DNA from: Bacteroidota bacterium
Lineage (GTDB): Bacteria > Bacteroidota > Bacteroidia > AKYH767-A > 2013-40CM-41-45
NCBI GenBank assembly: GCA_046052345.1
Contig: JBJOMN010000066.1
Location: 13,091 to 77,090, forward strand
DNA: 64,000 nt
Direction of reading: 5' to 3'
A program made the position numbers and the translations under genes. The notes below the pieces were generated by a model that saw only the letters and a list, made by a program, of their open reading frames with translations, made no database searches and was not told the DNA's origin. Shown one piece after another: positions 44,269-53,700 of this stretch (the first letter of the stretch is position 1; each line of letters opens with the position of its first letter).

Positions 44269-47200
44269 ATGAAAGAAGATATCAATAAGGAATTCAAACC
44301 CTCCACATGGGCCATCAACAACCGTGTGGCCATCTTCGTCATCACGACTTTGCTCGTGCTGGCGGGCATCAGGGCCTATGAAGGCCTTCCGAAAGAGAGC
44401 TTCCCCGACATCTCCCTTCCGAACATCTACGTCAGTGTCATCTATCCCGGCACTTCTCCGAAAGACATGGAGAACCTGATTGTCCGGCCGATCGAGAAGG
44501 AATGCAAGAGCATCGCCGGTGTAAAGAAGATCAAAAGCAATTCGCTCCAGGACTACTGCAATATCATCGTCGAATTCAACTCCGACAGCAAGATCGATGA
44601 AGCGAAGCAGCAAGTGAAGGATGCCGTCGACCGCGCAAAGAAGGATCTTCCGAAGGACCTCAAGAACGATCCGGAGATCATGGACATCAACTTCGCCGAT
44701 CTTCCGGTGATGCAGGTGAACATCAGCGGCGATTACGACCTCAACAGACTTAAAGAGTTCGCCGACGATGCGAAGGAGCGACTGGAAGGGATGAAGGAGA
44801 TCAAGAAGGTGGACCTCATCGGTGCGCTGGAGCGGGAGATTCAGATCGACGTGGACATGATAAAGATGCAGGCCGCGCGGATCTCCCTGGGCGACATCGC
44901 CCGGGCGGTACAAAGCGAGAACCTCACGATACCCGGCGGGTCGGTCCGCATCGACGGCGTTCGGCGTTCGCTCAGTGTCACCGGCGAATTCCGCTCCGTG
45001 GATCAGCTTCGTCAGCTTTCCATCAACTCCATAGACGGGAGTCCGGTATACCTGGGCGAAATCGCAGATGTGAAGGACTCCTACATGGAGCAGGAAAGCT
45101 ATGCGCGACTTGACAAGAAGAATGTCATCACGCTGAACATCGTCAAGCGGAAAGGCGAGAACCTGATCGCCACATCCGACAAGATCGTAGCGCTGATGGA
45201 CGGGCTTCAAAAAGACGAATGGCCGAAGGACCTGAAAGTGACACTGACGGGGGACCAGAGCGAGCAGACACGGACAACCCTGCACGACCTTATCAATACG
45301 ATCATCATCGGATTCATCCTGGTATTCCTTATCCTCATGTTCTTCATGGGAAGTGTGAACGCCTTTTTCGTGGCGCTCTCGGTGCCGTTGTCGATGTGCC
45401 TGGCTTTTCTCGTCATGCCGGCCATCGGTTTCACACTGAACATGATCGTCCTGTTCTCCTTCCTGCTGGCGCTGGGTATCGTCGTGGATGACGCGATCGT
45501 TGTCATCGAAAACACCCACCGCATCTTCGCCAACGGCAAACGCAACATCGTGGAAGCCGCCAAGCTGGCCGCGGGAGAAGTATTCCTGCCCGTGCTCTCC
45601 GGCACGCTCACGACGCTGGCTCCCTTCGTGCCATTACTGTTCTGGAAAGGAATCATCGGGAAATTCATGTTCTTCCTGCCCGTGACGCTTATCGTCACAC
45701 TGACGGCGTCCCTGTTGGTGGCTTATATCATCAACCCCGTCTTCGCGGTCCGCTTCATGAAGCCGCATCATCCGGGAGAAAAGAAGAATATCCGTCCCAC
45801 CGTGATTTTTTTCGGAGCAGCCATCCTGGTCGGCTATCTGGCAGGCGCGGGGGTCGGCAACTTCGCGTTATTCTGCCTCCTGCTCTACCTGGCGCATCAT
45901 TACTATCTCCGTAAGGCAGTAACCAAGTTCCAGGAAGGTGCGTGGCCGCGATTCCAGGACCGTTACCGGAAGCTTCTCGTCCGTTGCCTGCATCATCCCT
46001 GGAAAATGGTCGGCGGAACCGTCGCCCTTTTCGTCATCTCTATCGTGCTGTTAGGAGTCAGGAACGGAGGCGTCAGCTTCTTTCCCGTAGCAGACCCCAA
46101 CTTCATCTATGTATATACGAGTCTGCCGGTCGGAACCGACCAATCGTACACCGATTCGGTAACCAAGGTCGTGGAAGAGCGCGTTTACAAGGCCGTCCGA
46201 TGGCCGAACCCGATCGTGAAATCGGTAATCTCCAACGTGACCGTAGCGGTCTCGGATCCGGCCGACGAAGACCAGGGCAACTACCCGAACAAGAGCAAGA
46301 TCTCCATCGCGTTTGTGGAATTCGGCGCACGTAACGGGGAATCCACCCGTGCTTACCTGGACCAGGTGCGTGAAGCCGTCAAAGGGATACCCGGTGCGGA
46401 GATCACTGTTGCGCAGGAACAAGGAGGCCCTCCCGTAGGCAAACCGATCAACATCGAGGTCTCGGGCGACGACTATGCTGCCCTCGTTACCGGCAGCAAG
46501 GAAGTCAAACGGTATCTCGACTCTCTCAAGATCGAAGGAGTCGAGGAGCTGCGCAGCGATCTTCAGGACCGCAAACCCCAGATCGTCTTCGACATCGACA
46601 GGGAACGGGCCAACCGCGAAGGAATCTCCACGTATGCCGTCGGAAACGAAATCTACCTTGGAGTACTGGGCACCGACATCTCCAAATACCGTGATGTCCG
46701 CGACGACTACAACATCGTTTTGAAATACCGTGACGACCAGCGGTATAATATCGACATGCTTCGCAACCTGAAGATCCTTTACAGGGACATGGGCATGGGC
46801 GGTATGGTGCGCAACGTGCCGCTTTCCGCATTCGCAGACGTGAAATACTCCGACACTTACGGTGTGATCAAACGAAAGAACCAGAAGCGGGTGGTCACGA
46901 TCTCCTCCAACGTGCTGACCGGATACAACGAAAACGCGGTAGTCGGCGAAGTCCGCAAGGCGCTGGCCTCCTACCCCACTCGTGACGGGGTGACCATCGC
47001 CATGACCGGCGCGCAAGAAGAGCAGGCTGAGACTTCGGCGTTCCTGAGTACGGCCATGCTTGCCTCCGTCCTGCTGATCATCCTCATCCTGGTCATACAG
47101 TTCAATTCCGTGAGCAAACCGCTCATCATCCTCACGGAAATCCTCTTCAGCATCATCGGTGTCTTCCTCGGCTTCTCCCTCTTCAAAATGGAATTCTCCA

Positions 47201-47667
47201 TCGTCATGAGCGGGGTAGGCATCATCGCACTTGCCGGCATCGTCGTTCGCAACGGCATCCTGCTGGTGGAATTCACAGACTTGCTACGCGCACAGGGCGT
47301 CCCTACGTTCGATGCGATCGTAGAAGCGGGACGGACACGGATGACCCCGGTCATCCTCACCGCCTCCGCGACCATCCTCGGACTCATCCCTCTTGCCGTC
47401 GGGTTGAACATCGACTTCTCCACCCTGTTCAGCGATCTGAATCCCCACCTCTATTTCGGGGGAGACAGCACTGCCTTCTGGGGACCTTTATCCTGGACGA
47501 TGATCTTCGGACTGGGATTCTGCACTTTCCTGACGCTGATACTCGTGCCCGTGATGTATCTGTTAAGCGAACGCATGAAAAACCGTGTCCGCAAATGGCG
47601 CGGGCAGCCTGTGGACGAAGGAACAAGGAGCAAGCGCGTGGACGAACTCATAGAAACCGCCAATTGA
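44269..47667 (+). CDS. Efflux RND transporter permease (AcrB/CzcA family)
   Basis: 1132 aa with 12 TM segments and two large periplasmic loops. Confidence 0.9.
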   Translation: MKEDINKEFKPSTWAINNRVAIFVITTLLVLAGIRAYEGLPKESFPDISLPNIYVSVIYPGTSPKDMENLIVRPIEKECKSIAGVKKIKSNSLQDYCNIIVEFNSDSKIDEAKQQVKDAVDRAKKDLPKDLKNDPEIMDINFADLPVMQVNISGDYDLNRLKEFADDAKERLEGMKEIKKVDLIGALEREIQIDVDMIKMQAARISLGDIARAVQSENLTIPGGSVRIDGVRRSLSVTGEFRSVDQLRQLSINSIDGSPVYLGEIADVKDSYMEQESYARLDKKNVITLNIVKRKGENLIATSDKIVALMDGLQKDEWPKDLKVTLTGDQSEQTRTTLHDLINTIIIGFILVFLILMFFMGSVNAFFVALSVPLSMCLAFLVMPAIGFTLNMIVLFSFLLALGIVVDDAIVVIENTHRIFANGKRNIVEAAKLAAGEVFLPVLSGTLTTLAPFVPLLFWKGIIGKFMFFLPVTLIVTLTASLLVAYIINPVFAVRFMKPHHPGEKKNIRPTVIFFGAAILVGYLAGAGVGNFALFCLLLYLAHHYYLRKAVTKFQEGAWPRFQDRYRKLLVRCLHHPWKMVGGTVALFVISIVLLGVRNGGVSFFPVADPNFIYVYTSLPVGTDQSYTDSVTKVVEERVYKAVRWPNPIVKSVISNVTVAVSDPADEDQGNYPNKSKISIAFVEFGARNGESTRAYLDQVREAVKGIPGAEITVAQEQGGPPVGKPINIEVSGDDYAALVTGSKEVKRYLDSLKIEGVEELRSDLQDRKPQIVFDIDRERANREGISTYAVGNEIYLGVLGTDISKYRDVRDDYNIVLKYRDDQRYNIDMLRNLKILYRDMGMGGMVRNVPLSAFADVKYSDTYGVIKRKNQKRVVTISSNVLTGYNENAVVGEVRKALASYPTRDGVTIAMTGAQEEQAETSAFLSTAMLASVLLIILILVIQFNSVSKPLIILTEILFSIIGVFLGFSLFKMEFSIVMSGVGIIALAGIVVRNGILLVEFTDLLRAQGVPTFDAIVEAGRTRMTPVILTASATILGLIPLAVGLNIDFSTLFSDLNPHLYFGGDSTAFWGPLSWTMIFGLGFCTFLTLILVPVMYLLSERMKNRVRKWRGQPVDEGTRSKRVDELIETAN

Positions 47668-47669
47668 CC

Positions 47670-48761
47670 ATGATATCAATGATCCGTCCCTTGCTTTTGG
47701 CGCTCACCGTCGCATTCCTGACGGGGTGTAACAGTGCCGTCACCGTGAAGCCGGAACGCAGGGACATCACTCAAGCCGTATATGCTTCAGGGAAAGTCCT
47801 GCCGCTGAACCATTACGTGCTCTATCCGAAAGCACCCGGCTATGTTGTTGCGATACATGTCCGCGCAGGAGACTCCGTGCATACCGGCGACCGGCTGATC
47901 ACCCTTCGGAACGATATCAACGAATATTCAATCAGCAGCTCGGAGAATACCGCGGAACTGGCACGGCGGAATGCGGACGAGCAGGGACCCGTCCTTTCCG
48001 CGCTGCGGCAGGAAATGGAGGCGTCCCGTTCCCGGTACGAACTCGACAGCCTTAATTTCCGCCGCAACTCGGCACTTCTCAAGGAGGAGGCCATCAGCCG
48101 TGTCACGTGGGAACAGTCCGAAGTGCAGCTGGATGTCTCAAGAAGCGTCTACCATCGGAGCCGGGAGAACTACCTTGCGTCGAAGGACCGTTTCGCCACC
48201 GAGTACATGAACGCACGCAACCAGAAGGACGCTCAGCGTTCCAACCGGAAGGATTACGAACTTCTCTCCGCCATCGACGGAAAAGTGTATGACATCATGC
48301 CGGAAGTAGGCGACCTGGTAGGCCTGCAATCCCCGCTGGCCGATCTGGGCGACGCATCTCGCTTCGAGGTCGAGTTATCCGTGGACGAAACCGACATCGG
48401 CTTCTTGCAGACGGGACAACAGGTGATCTACGGCATCGATGCGTATCCCGACCGGCCTTTCGAAGGCGTGATCACCTCCATCATACCCAAAGTGACGGCC
48501 ACCAGCAAGTCATCAAGGGCAAAGGCCACCATACAGGTGCCTGAAGGCATCAGCTTCTACTCCGGCATGACGGTCGAAGGAAACATCGTCATCCGCTCCA
48601 GGAAAAACGCGCTCGTCATTCCACGTGAATATGTCAAGAACGGCAACGAGGTAAAGGTAAAGGGAGAGGATTCGGCGCGTCGCATCAAAAAAGGGCTTGA
48701 AGACCTCGAGCATGTGGAAGTATTGGAAGGCCTGAGCGGTGATGAAACACTGACAAAGTAA
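47670..48761 (+). CDS. HlyD-family secretion/adaptor protein (MacA-like)
   Basis: Start at MISMIRPLLLALTVAFLTGC, giving 363 aa with coiled-coil. The ORF-track upstream extension overlaps the RND gene and is rejected. Confidence 0.75.
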   Translation: MISMIRPLLLALTVAFLTGCNSAVTVKPERRDITQAVYASGKVLPLNHYVLYPKAPGYVVAIHVRAGDSVHTGDRLITLRNDINEYSISSSENTAELARRNADEQGPVLSALRQEMEASRSRYELDSLNFRRNSALLKEEAISRVTWEQSEVQLDVSRSVYHRSRENYLASKDRFATEYMNARNQKDAQRSNRKDYELLSAIDGKVYDIMPEVGDLVGLQSPLADLGDASRFEVELSVDETDIGFLQTGQQVIYGIDAYPDRPFEGVITSIIPKVTATSKSSRAKATIQVPEGISFYSGMTVEGNIVIRSRKNALVIPREYVKNGNEVKVKGEDSARRIKKGLEDLEHVEVLEGLSGDETLTK

Positions 48762-48771
48762 CCCGCATACC

Positions 48772-50034
48772 ATGCGCATCAAAAGCCCTGTCCTGCGTAT
48801 CGCTATGACGCATCTGCTCTCCAAGAAAAGGCAGACGCTGGTGGCGACATTGGGCGTGACTTTCGGGAGCATGATCTTCATCTTTCAGGCCGGACTGATG
48901 ACGGGGTTCCAGTCCACCTTCATCGACCAGACGATCAACACCACAGCCAACATCCATATCTACAACGAACCGGACCGCCACCGGCCCAGTCTGCTGGAAC
49001 GATTCGGCATGGACAGCGGCCAGGTGGTCATGGTCAACAACCAGAAACCGAAGGACGAGCTGAACAAGATCCGCAACGGATACCAGATCATCTCCTTGCT
49101 GGAGAAACATCCGGACGTTGAAGGCGTGTCCCCATTTCTTGGCTCACAAGCGATCCTGCGTGCCGGCATCGTACAGTTCGGCGGAAGGATAGCCGGAATC
49201 GACGTGGAGAAGGAGGATGTGGTCTTCCACGTCTCCGACTATATGGTGCAGGGCGACCTTCGCAGACTGTCCACCCTGAACAACGCCATCATCCTCGGGG
49301 AAGGACTGGCAGACAACTTGGGCGTCAAGCTGAACGACAACGTGACGCTTCTGGCGCCGAACGGCACGACGCTCGACATGAAAGTGGTCGGCATCAACCG
49401 CACCGGACTTACGGAACTGGACCGGAGCAGAGCCTATATCAGCATACGAAACGCCCAGATACTGCTGGGCGTCGACAACTCCTACATTACCGACATCAAC
49501 GTCAAGCTGAAGGACATAGACAAGGCGCAGGCATTGGCAGCGGAGTTCGAGGAACGTTTCGGGTACAAGGCGGAAGACTGGAAGACAGCCAATGCCAACA
49601 TCTTCGGGGTTTTCAAGATCCAGAACATGGTGACCTATCTGATCATCGCTTCCATACTCATCGTATCCGGGTTCGGCATCTTCAACATCCTGATGATGAT
49701 CATCTATGAGAAGATGACGGATATCGCCATCCTAAAAGCGATCGGCTACAAAGACCGGGATATCAGGCTCCTGTTCGTTGCGGAATCCCTGACCATCGGG
49801 ATCGTGGGCGGACTTCTCGGCCTTGCCGCCGGATTCACACTGACGCGCATCGTCGGAAGCATACCGCTCAACATCAAGGGATTCGTCACGATGGAATACC
49901 TGAAGTTCAATTCCTCCCCCCTGTTCTACATCGTCGCTTTCACCTTCGCACTCGTGGCCACGGCGCTTGCCGGATACTTTCCTGCCAGGAAAGCCGCATC
50001 CGTCGATCCGGTTGACATCATTCGTTCCAAGTAA
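48772..50034 (+). CDS. ABC transporter permease, FtsX-like (MacB permease half)
   Basis: 420 aa with an N-terminal TM helix, a large periplasmic domain and three C-terminal TM helices. Confidence 0.8.
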   Translation: MRIKSPVLRIAMTHLLSKKRQTLVATLGVTFGSMIFIFQAGLMTGFQSTFIDQTINTTANIHIYNEPDRHRPSLLERFGMDSGQVVMVNNQKPKDELNKIRNGYQIISLLEKHPDVEGVSPFLGSQAILRAGIVQFGGRIAGIDVEKEDVVFHVSDYMVQGDLRRLSTLNNAIILGEGLADNLGVKLNDNVTLLAPNGTTLDMKVVGINRTGLTELDRSRAYISIRNAQILLGVDNSYITDINVKLKDIDKAQALAAEFEERFGYKAEDWKTANANIFGVFKIQNMVTYLIIASILIVSGFGIFNILMMIIYEKMTDIAILKAIGYKDRDIRLLFVAESLTIGIVGGLLGLAAGFTLTRIVGSIPLNIKGFVTMEYLKFNSSPLFYIVAFTFALVATALAGYFPARKAASVDPVDIIRSK

Positions 50035-50039
50035 CAGTC

Positions 50040-50720
50040 ATGCATCCGGTCATCCTAGAAGCAGTACATCTCAGCAAGTTCTACCGCGACCCGGTGGAGT
50101 TCCAGGCCCTGAAGGACATCAACCTTCAGATCCGCAAGGGTGAATTCGTCTCCATCGTCGGAGCTTCGGGAAGCGGCAAATCGACATTGCTTTATGTGCT
50201 GAGCACGCTCGACACAGATTACGAGGGAAAGATCATCCTCGACGGAGAAGACCTGTCGAAACTCAGCCCCAACCGACAGGCGGAGATACGCAATGACAAG
50301 ATCGGCTTCGTGTTCCAGTTCCATTACCTGCTTCCGGAATTCACCGTGCTGGAGAACGTCTCCCTGCCGGCACTCAAACGCGGAATATGGTCGAGGGAGG
50401 AATCGGAAGAGCGGGCATTAAAGAAACTGGATCTTCTCGGGGTCGCGGACCAGGCGATGAAGAAAGCGAACAAGCTTTCCGGAGGACAGCAGCAACGGGT
50501 CGCCATCGCCCGGGCGATGATCAACGAACCTGCGATCATCTTCGGCGACGAACCGACCGGCAATCTTGATTCCAAGAACACCCGCACGGTGTTCGACCTT
50601 TTCAAGGAGCTCCGCAGCGAATTCGAACAGACCATCTGCATCGTGACCCATGATATGCAGCTTGCCGGTGAAACAGACCGGATCATTACGCTTCATGACG
50701 GCGAGATCGTACATTCCTGA
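50040..50720 (+). CDS. ABC transporter ATP-binding protein (MacB/LolD-like)
   Basis: 226 aa with Walker A (GASGSGKST), signature (LSGGQQQR) and Walker B (IIFGDEPTG). Confidence 0.9.
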   Translation: MHPVILEAVHLSKFYRDPVEFQALKDINLQIRKGEFVSIVGASGSGKSTLLYVLSTLDTDYEGKIILDGEDLSKLSPNRQAEIRNDKIGFVFQFHYLLPEFTVLENVSLPALKRGIWSREESEERALKKLDLLGVADQAMKKANKLSGGQQQRVAIARAMINEPAIIFGDEPTGNLDSKNTRTVFDLFKELRSEFEQTICIVTHDMQLAGETDRIITLHDGEIVHS

Positions 50721-50724
50721 ACCC

Positions 50725-51471
50725 ATGAACGAAAAGGTCCGCGTCTCCATCGTCTCCTACCTGAACAGCGCTCCATTCCTGTACGGATTGCAGCAGGCCT
50801 CCATCCGCGACAGGATCGAACTGACGGAAGACTTTCCGGCCGCTTGCTATGAAAAGCTGAAAAGCGGAGCCGCCGATATCGGCCTGGTTCCGGTGGCCGT
50901 ACTGCCTCAACTGAACGGCGCACGCATCATCAGCGATTATTGCATAGGCTGTGACGGCGCCGTCAGCTCGGTTTTGCTGGTCAGCCGGGTACCGCTGGAG
51001 GAGATTGAAACCGTGTTGTTGGATTACCAGTCCAGGACTTCTGTGCAATTGGTAAGGATACTGGCAAGTGAATTATGGAACATCTCTCCGGAGTGGCGCG
51101 ACGCCTCGCCGGGCTATGAAGAACTCATTTCCGGAAACACGGCCGCTGTGATCATCGGAGACCGTGCCATGGAGCACAAACACCGGTTCGGATATGTCTA
51201 CGATCTAGGACACGCCTGGAAGGAACTCACCGGACTCCCATTCGTCTTCGCAGTATGGGCCGGCAATCGGGATATGGATTCCGGTTTCCTGAAAGAATTC
51301 AATGCGGCGCTATCGACAGGGATTGCCGGCGTGGAAGAGCTATTGCCGCGACTGAAGCGACCATTCGCAGACGAGCCGGTGATAGCGGAATATCTGAAAC
51401 GACACATCCGCTATGAATTCGGAGAGGCTCAGAAAGAAGGCCTGTCGTTGTTCCTTTCAAAGATCAAATGA
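50725..51471 (+). CDS. mqnA: Chorismate dehydratase MqnA-like (futalosine-pathway menaquinone biosynthesis family)
   Basis: Start at MNEKVRVSIVSYLNSAPFLYGL, giving 248 aa with a periplasmic-binding-like fold typical of MqnA/DUF178. Confidence 0.65.
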   Translation: MNEKVRVSIVSYLNSAPFLYGLQQASIRDRIELTEDFPAACYEKLKSGAADIGLVPVAVLPQLNGARIISDYCIGCDGAVSSVLLVSRVPLEEIETVLLDYQSRTSVQLVRILASELWNISPEWRDASPGYEELISGNTAAVIIGDRAMEHKHRFGYVYDLGHAWKELTGLPFVFAVWAGNRDMDSGFLKEFNAALSTGIAGVEELLPRLKRPFADEPVIAEYLKRHIRYEFGEAQKEGLSLFLSKIK

Positions 51472-51502
51472 AAAAGACCGGCGATGACCGGTCTTTTCAT
51501 TT
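51471..51502. terminator. Bidirectional rho-independent terminator
   Basis: aaaaa gaccggcgatgaccggtc ttttcattt between convergent mqnA (+) and the protease gene (-). Confidence 0.7.
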
Positions 51503-51518
51503 AATAACGGGCAGCAGG

Positions 51519-52799
51519 TCATCGGGCAATGACCACGCGTACAGTGCGATTCACTTCTCCGTTGGACAAGTTGAGGAAATAGACTCCTTCCGGTTGCTCG
51601 CTGAGATCCAACCGAAGCACCTGTCCGGAGGGACGAACGAGATACTCCGACTTTACAGTACGTCCGAGGCAGTCTGCCACCGTAAGCCTGAGGTCGCCTA
51701 CGACGGAATGAACGAGAAAGAGATCGAGGTCAAAAATGCCGTTGGAAGGATTGGGATAGACGCTGAAGTTGAAGGTGCGATCCAAATCACTTATTCCGCT
51801 GGAAGGTGACTGGCAGGCAGTCGATGTGAGCAGAGAAGGCTTGTAGGAACTCATGGCGTTCACCATGCGTAACGACTGCTGGTTGGTGAACATGTTCAGA
51901 CAGATATCGTCGCAGTAATCCATGTAATTCATGAACTGCACGCCGTTGCCTGAGACTGCACAATTATCATACAACGGAAAGGTGGGACAACCGTAATTTT
52001 CCGCGCCCTGGTTGGGCGTGTCTCCACAGAAATCAGTACCGGTACAGGTGCCGTTATCGTCCCCCCAGATATGGGAAAGCCGGAAGCAATGACAGATCTC
52101 GTGGACGGAGGTACGGCCCAGGTTGTAGGAAGGCTGCAGCATACCACCTACACGCCCAAAGGCGTTATACTGTATGACAAGTCCGTAGGTGGAAGAAACG
52201 GTAGCGGTCGGAAATTCACCATATCCCAGCACTGCTCCCCCGAGGTTGCACACCCAGATGTTCAAATAGCGTGACGGGTCCCAGGGGTCCAATCCGCCAT
52301 TCGCATAGCGTTTTACGTTGTCATTCGTACTGAAAGAGGATACTGTCGTATTGCGCCGCTCGATACCGTTGGTCGGGTTGCCGTTAGTATCGGTTTGGGC
52401 GAGACAGAAGCGAAAGGGGGTTGCAGCGGCTACAGAGCGGAATACCGAAGGCGTATTCCCCGTATCAGCATTCAGCCGGGCGAAGTCCTCGTTCAGGACA
52501 TCGATCTGCGACTGTATCTGCTGGTCGGAAATATTCTGACCGGTAGTACGCCAGACAACATGCACCACGACGGGTATGGTGTATATGAGGTTGGTTTGAC
52601 GGGAGGCAGCGCTCCGTACCGCCATCGTTTCCAGTTCTCGGTTTTCCTGCTCGAAGCGCTGACGAAGCTCGGGATCCGCGGACATGCGGGCGTTCCAATA
52701 CTCGGTGGTGGCACAACGCTTCACCCCGGTCTCTGCGAAGGTCGGCTTGATGAATGCTGCTGCGGAAAATAGGATGGATAATGCGGCTTTCCGTATCAT
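51519..52799 (-). CDS. Secreted zincin-type metalloprotease with T9SS type-A C-terminal sorting domain
   Basis: 426 aa with a signal peptide. HEICHCFRLSH (HExxH...H with Arg where metzincins have Gly) and a Cys-rich region. C-terminal ~85 aa VYPNPSNGIFDL...GVYFLNLSNGEVNRTVRVVI matches the T9SS sorting-domain pattern. Confidence 0.75.
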   Translation of the reverse strand: MIRKAALSILFSAAAFIKPTFAETGVKRCATTEYWNARMSADPELRQRFEQENRELETMAVRSAASRQTNLIYTIPVVVHVVWRTTGQNISDQQIQSQIDVLNEDFARLNADTGNTPSVFRSVAAATPFRFCLAQTDTNGNPTNGIERRNTTVSSFSTNDNVKRYANGGLDPWDPSRYLNIWVCNLGGAVLGYGEFPTATVSSTYGLVIQYNAFGRVGGMLQPSYNLGRTSVHEICHCFRLSHIWGDDNGTCTGTDFCGDTPNQGAENYGCPTFPLYDNCAVSGNGVQFMNYMDYCDDICLNMFTNQQSLRMVNAMSSYKPSLLTSTACQSPSSGISDLDRTFNFSVYPNPSNGIFDLDLFLVHSVVGDLRLTVADCLGRTVKSEYLVRPSGQVLRLDLSEQPEGVYFLNLSNGEVNRTVRVVIAR

Positions 52800-52896
52800 G
52801 CTCTAATTCGATTTCAGCAGTAAAAATACCAAAATAAGCGGCATTTCAAGCTTTATTTCGTCAAAGCGACTGATTCAGTAGGCGTTGACGGCTTTG

Positions 52897-53535
52897 TCAC
52901 AGGTTCGTGCGTCTCATCATCGATTTTCGGAAGTCGACGAATTCCAGTTCAAACACGGCACCCGGATTCCATGCAGGTAAAATCAAAGATCCGATTCTTA
53001 CCCGTACCAGCCGCAGTGTGGGAAATCCGACAGCGGCGGTCATACGCCTGACTTGACGGTTCTTGCCTTCGGTGAGGGCGAGCGACAGCCAAGAGGTCGG
53101 AATGCTCTTCCGGAACCTTACCGGAGGATGACGCTCCGGCAACGTTTCAGGAGGAGCAGCGGCGGATGCGCGACATGGAGCTGTCCTGAAAACACGGCCG
53201 TCGACCGAGATATCCACTCCGGAACGCAGGCGGGACAAGGCTTGTTCGGTCACCTCCCCTTCCACCTGGATGAGGTATTCCCGCTCGTGTGCGTTTGCAG
53301 GATCGAGCAATAAGCTGTTCTGACGACTGTCGTTGGTGAGGAGCAATAACCCTTCACTGTCCGCATCCAAGCGGCCGATCGGGTAGACGTCTTTTGGAAA
53401 ATCAAAGGAAAGGTCCGCCAGTACGGGACGGTCCCCTTCTTTGGAAAAGCGGGACACCATGCCATAGGGCTTGTAGACAGCGAAATATCTGAAACGAGAA
53501 TGCATACGCAGACCGCACGAAGTTAATGCAGACAT
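52897..53535 (-). CDS. Pseudouridine synthase, RsuA/RluB family
   Basis: Catalytic-Asp motif region (PIGRLDADSEGLLLLTND). Probable start at the internal ATG MHSRFRYFAVYKPYG. Confidence 0.8.
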   Translation of the reverse strand: MSALTSCGLRMHSRFRYFAVYKPYGMVSRFSKEGDRPVLADLSFDFPKDVYPIGRLDADSEGLLLLTNDSRQNSLLLDPANAHEREYLIQVEGEVTEQALSRLRSGVDISVDGRVFRTAPCRASAAAPPETLPERHPPVRFRKSIPTSWLSLALTEGKNRQVRRMTAAVGFPTLRLVRVRIGSLILPAWNPGAVFELEFVDFRKSMMRRTNL

Positions 53536-53539
53536 TGAC

Positions 53540-53547
53540 TATTTTTG
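53540..53547 (+). promoter_or_regulatory. -7 element TAttTTTG upstream of TonB-dependent receptor locus; about 150-nt leader
   Basis: tatttttg matches TAnnTTTG. No -33 TTTG at canonical spacing. ATG at 53701. Confidence 0.35.
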
Positions 53548-53700
53548 CATCAGATTCAACCCGCCCCCGTAAACAGGCGATCATTCAACCGGGAACCGAA
53601 CTTTACGTGTCATGCACATGCTGACGTAGAATCGCATGATATACCCTGCAGAACATCCGGCGACATCCCCATTCACCAGTCCATTCGAACCATTCTTCCT

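Noticed and set aside
44212-47016. Minus-strand 435-aa and 321-aa ORFs inside the RND permease gene
   Set aside because: Antisense to a 1132-aa transporter with clear TM and periplasmic-loop organisation. Low-complexity translations.
53536-53700. Cobalamin or TPP riboswitch upstream of the TonB-dependent receptor
   Set aside because: Searched by eye for the B12 box and the TPP CUGAGA core and found neither. A possible leader is kept only as a low-confidence finding.
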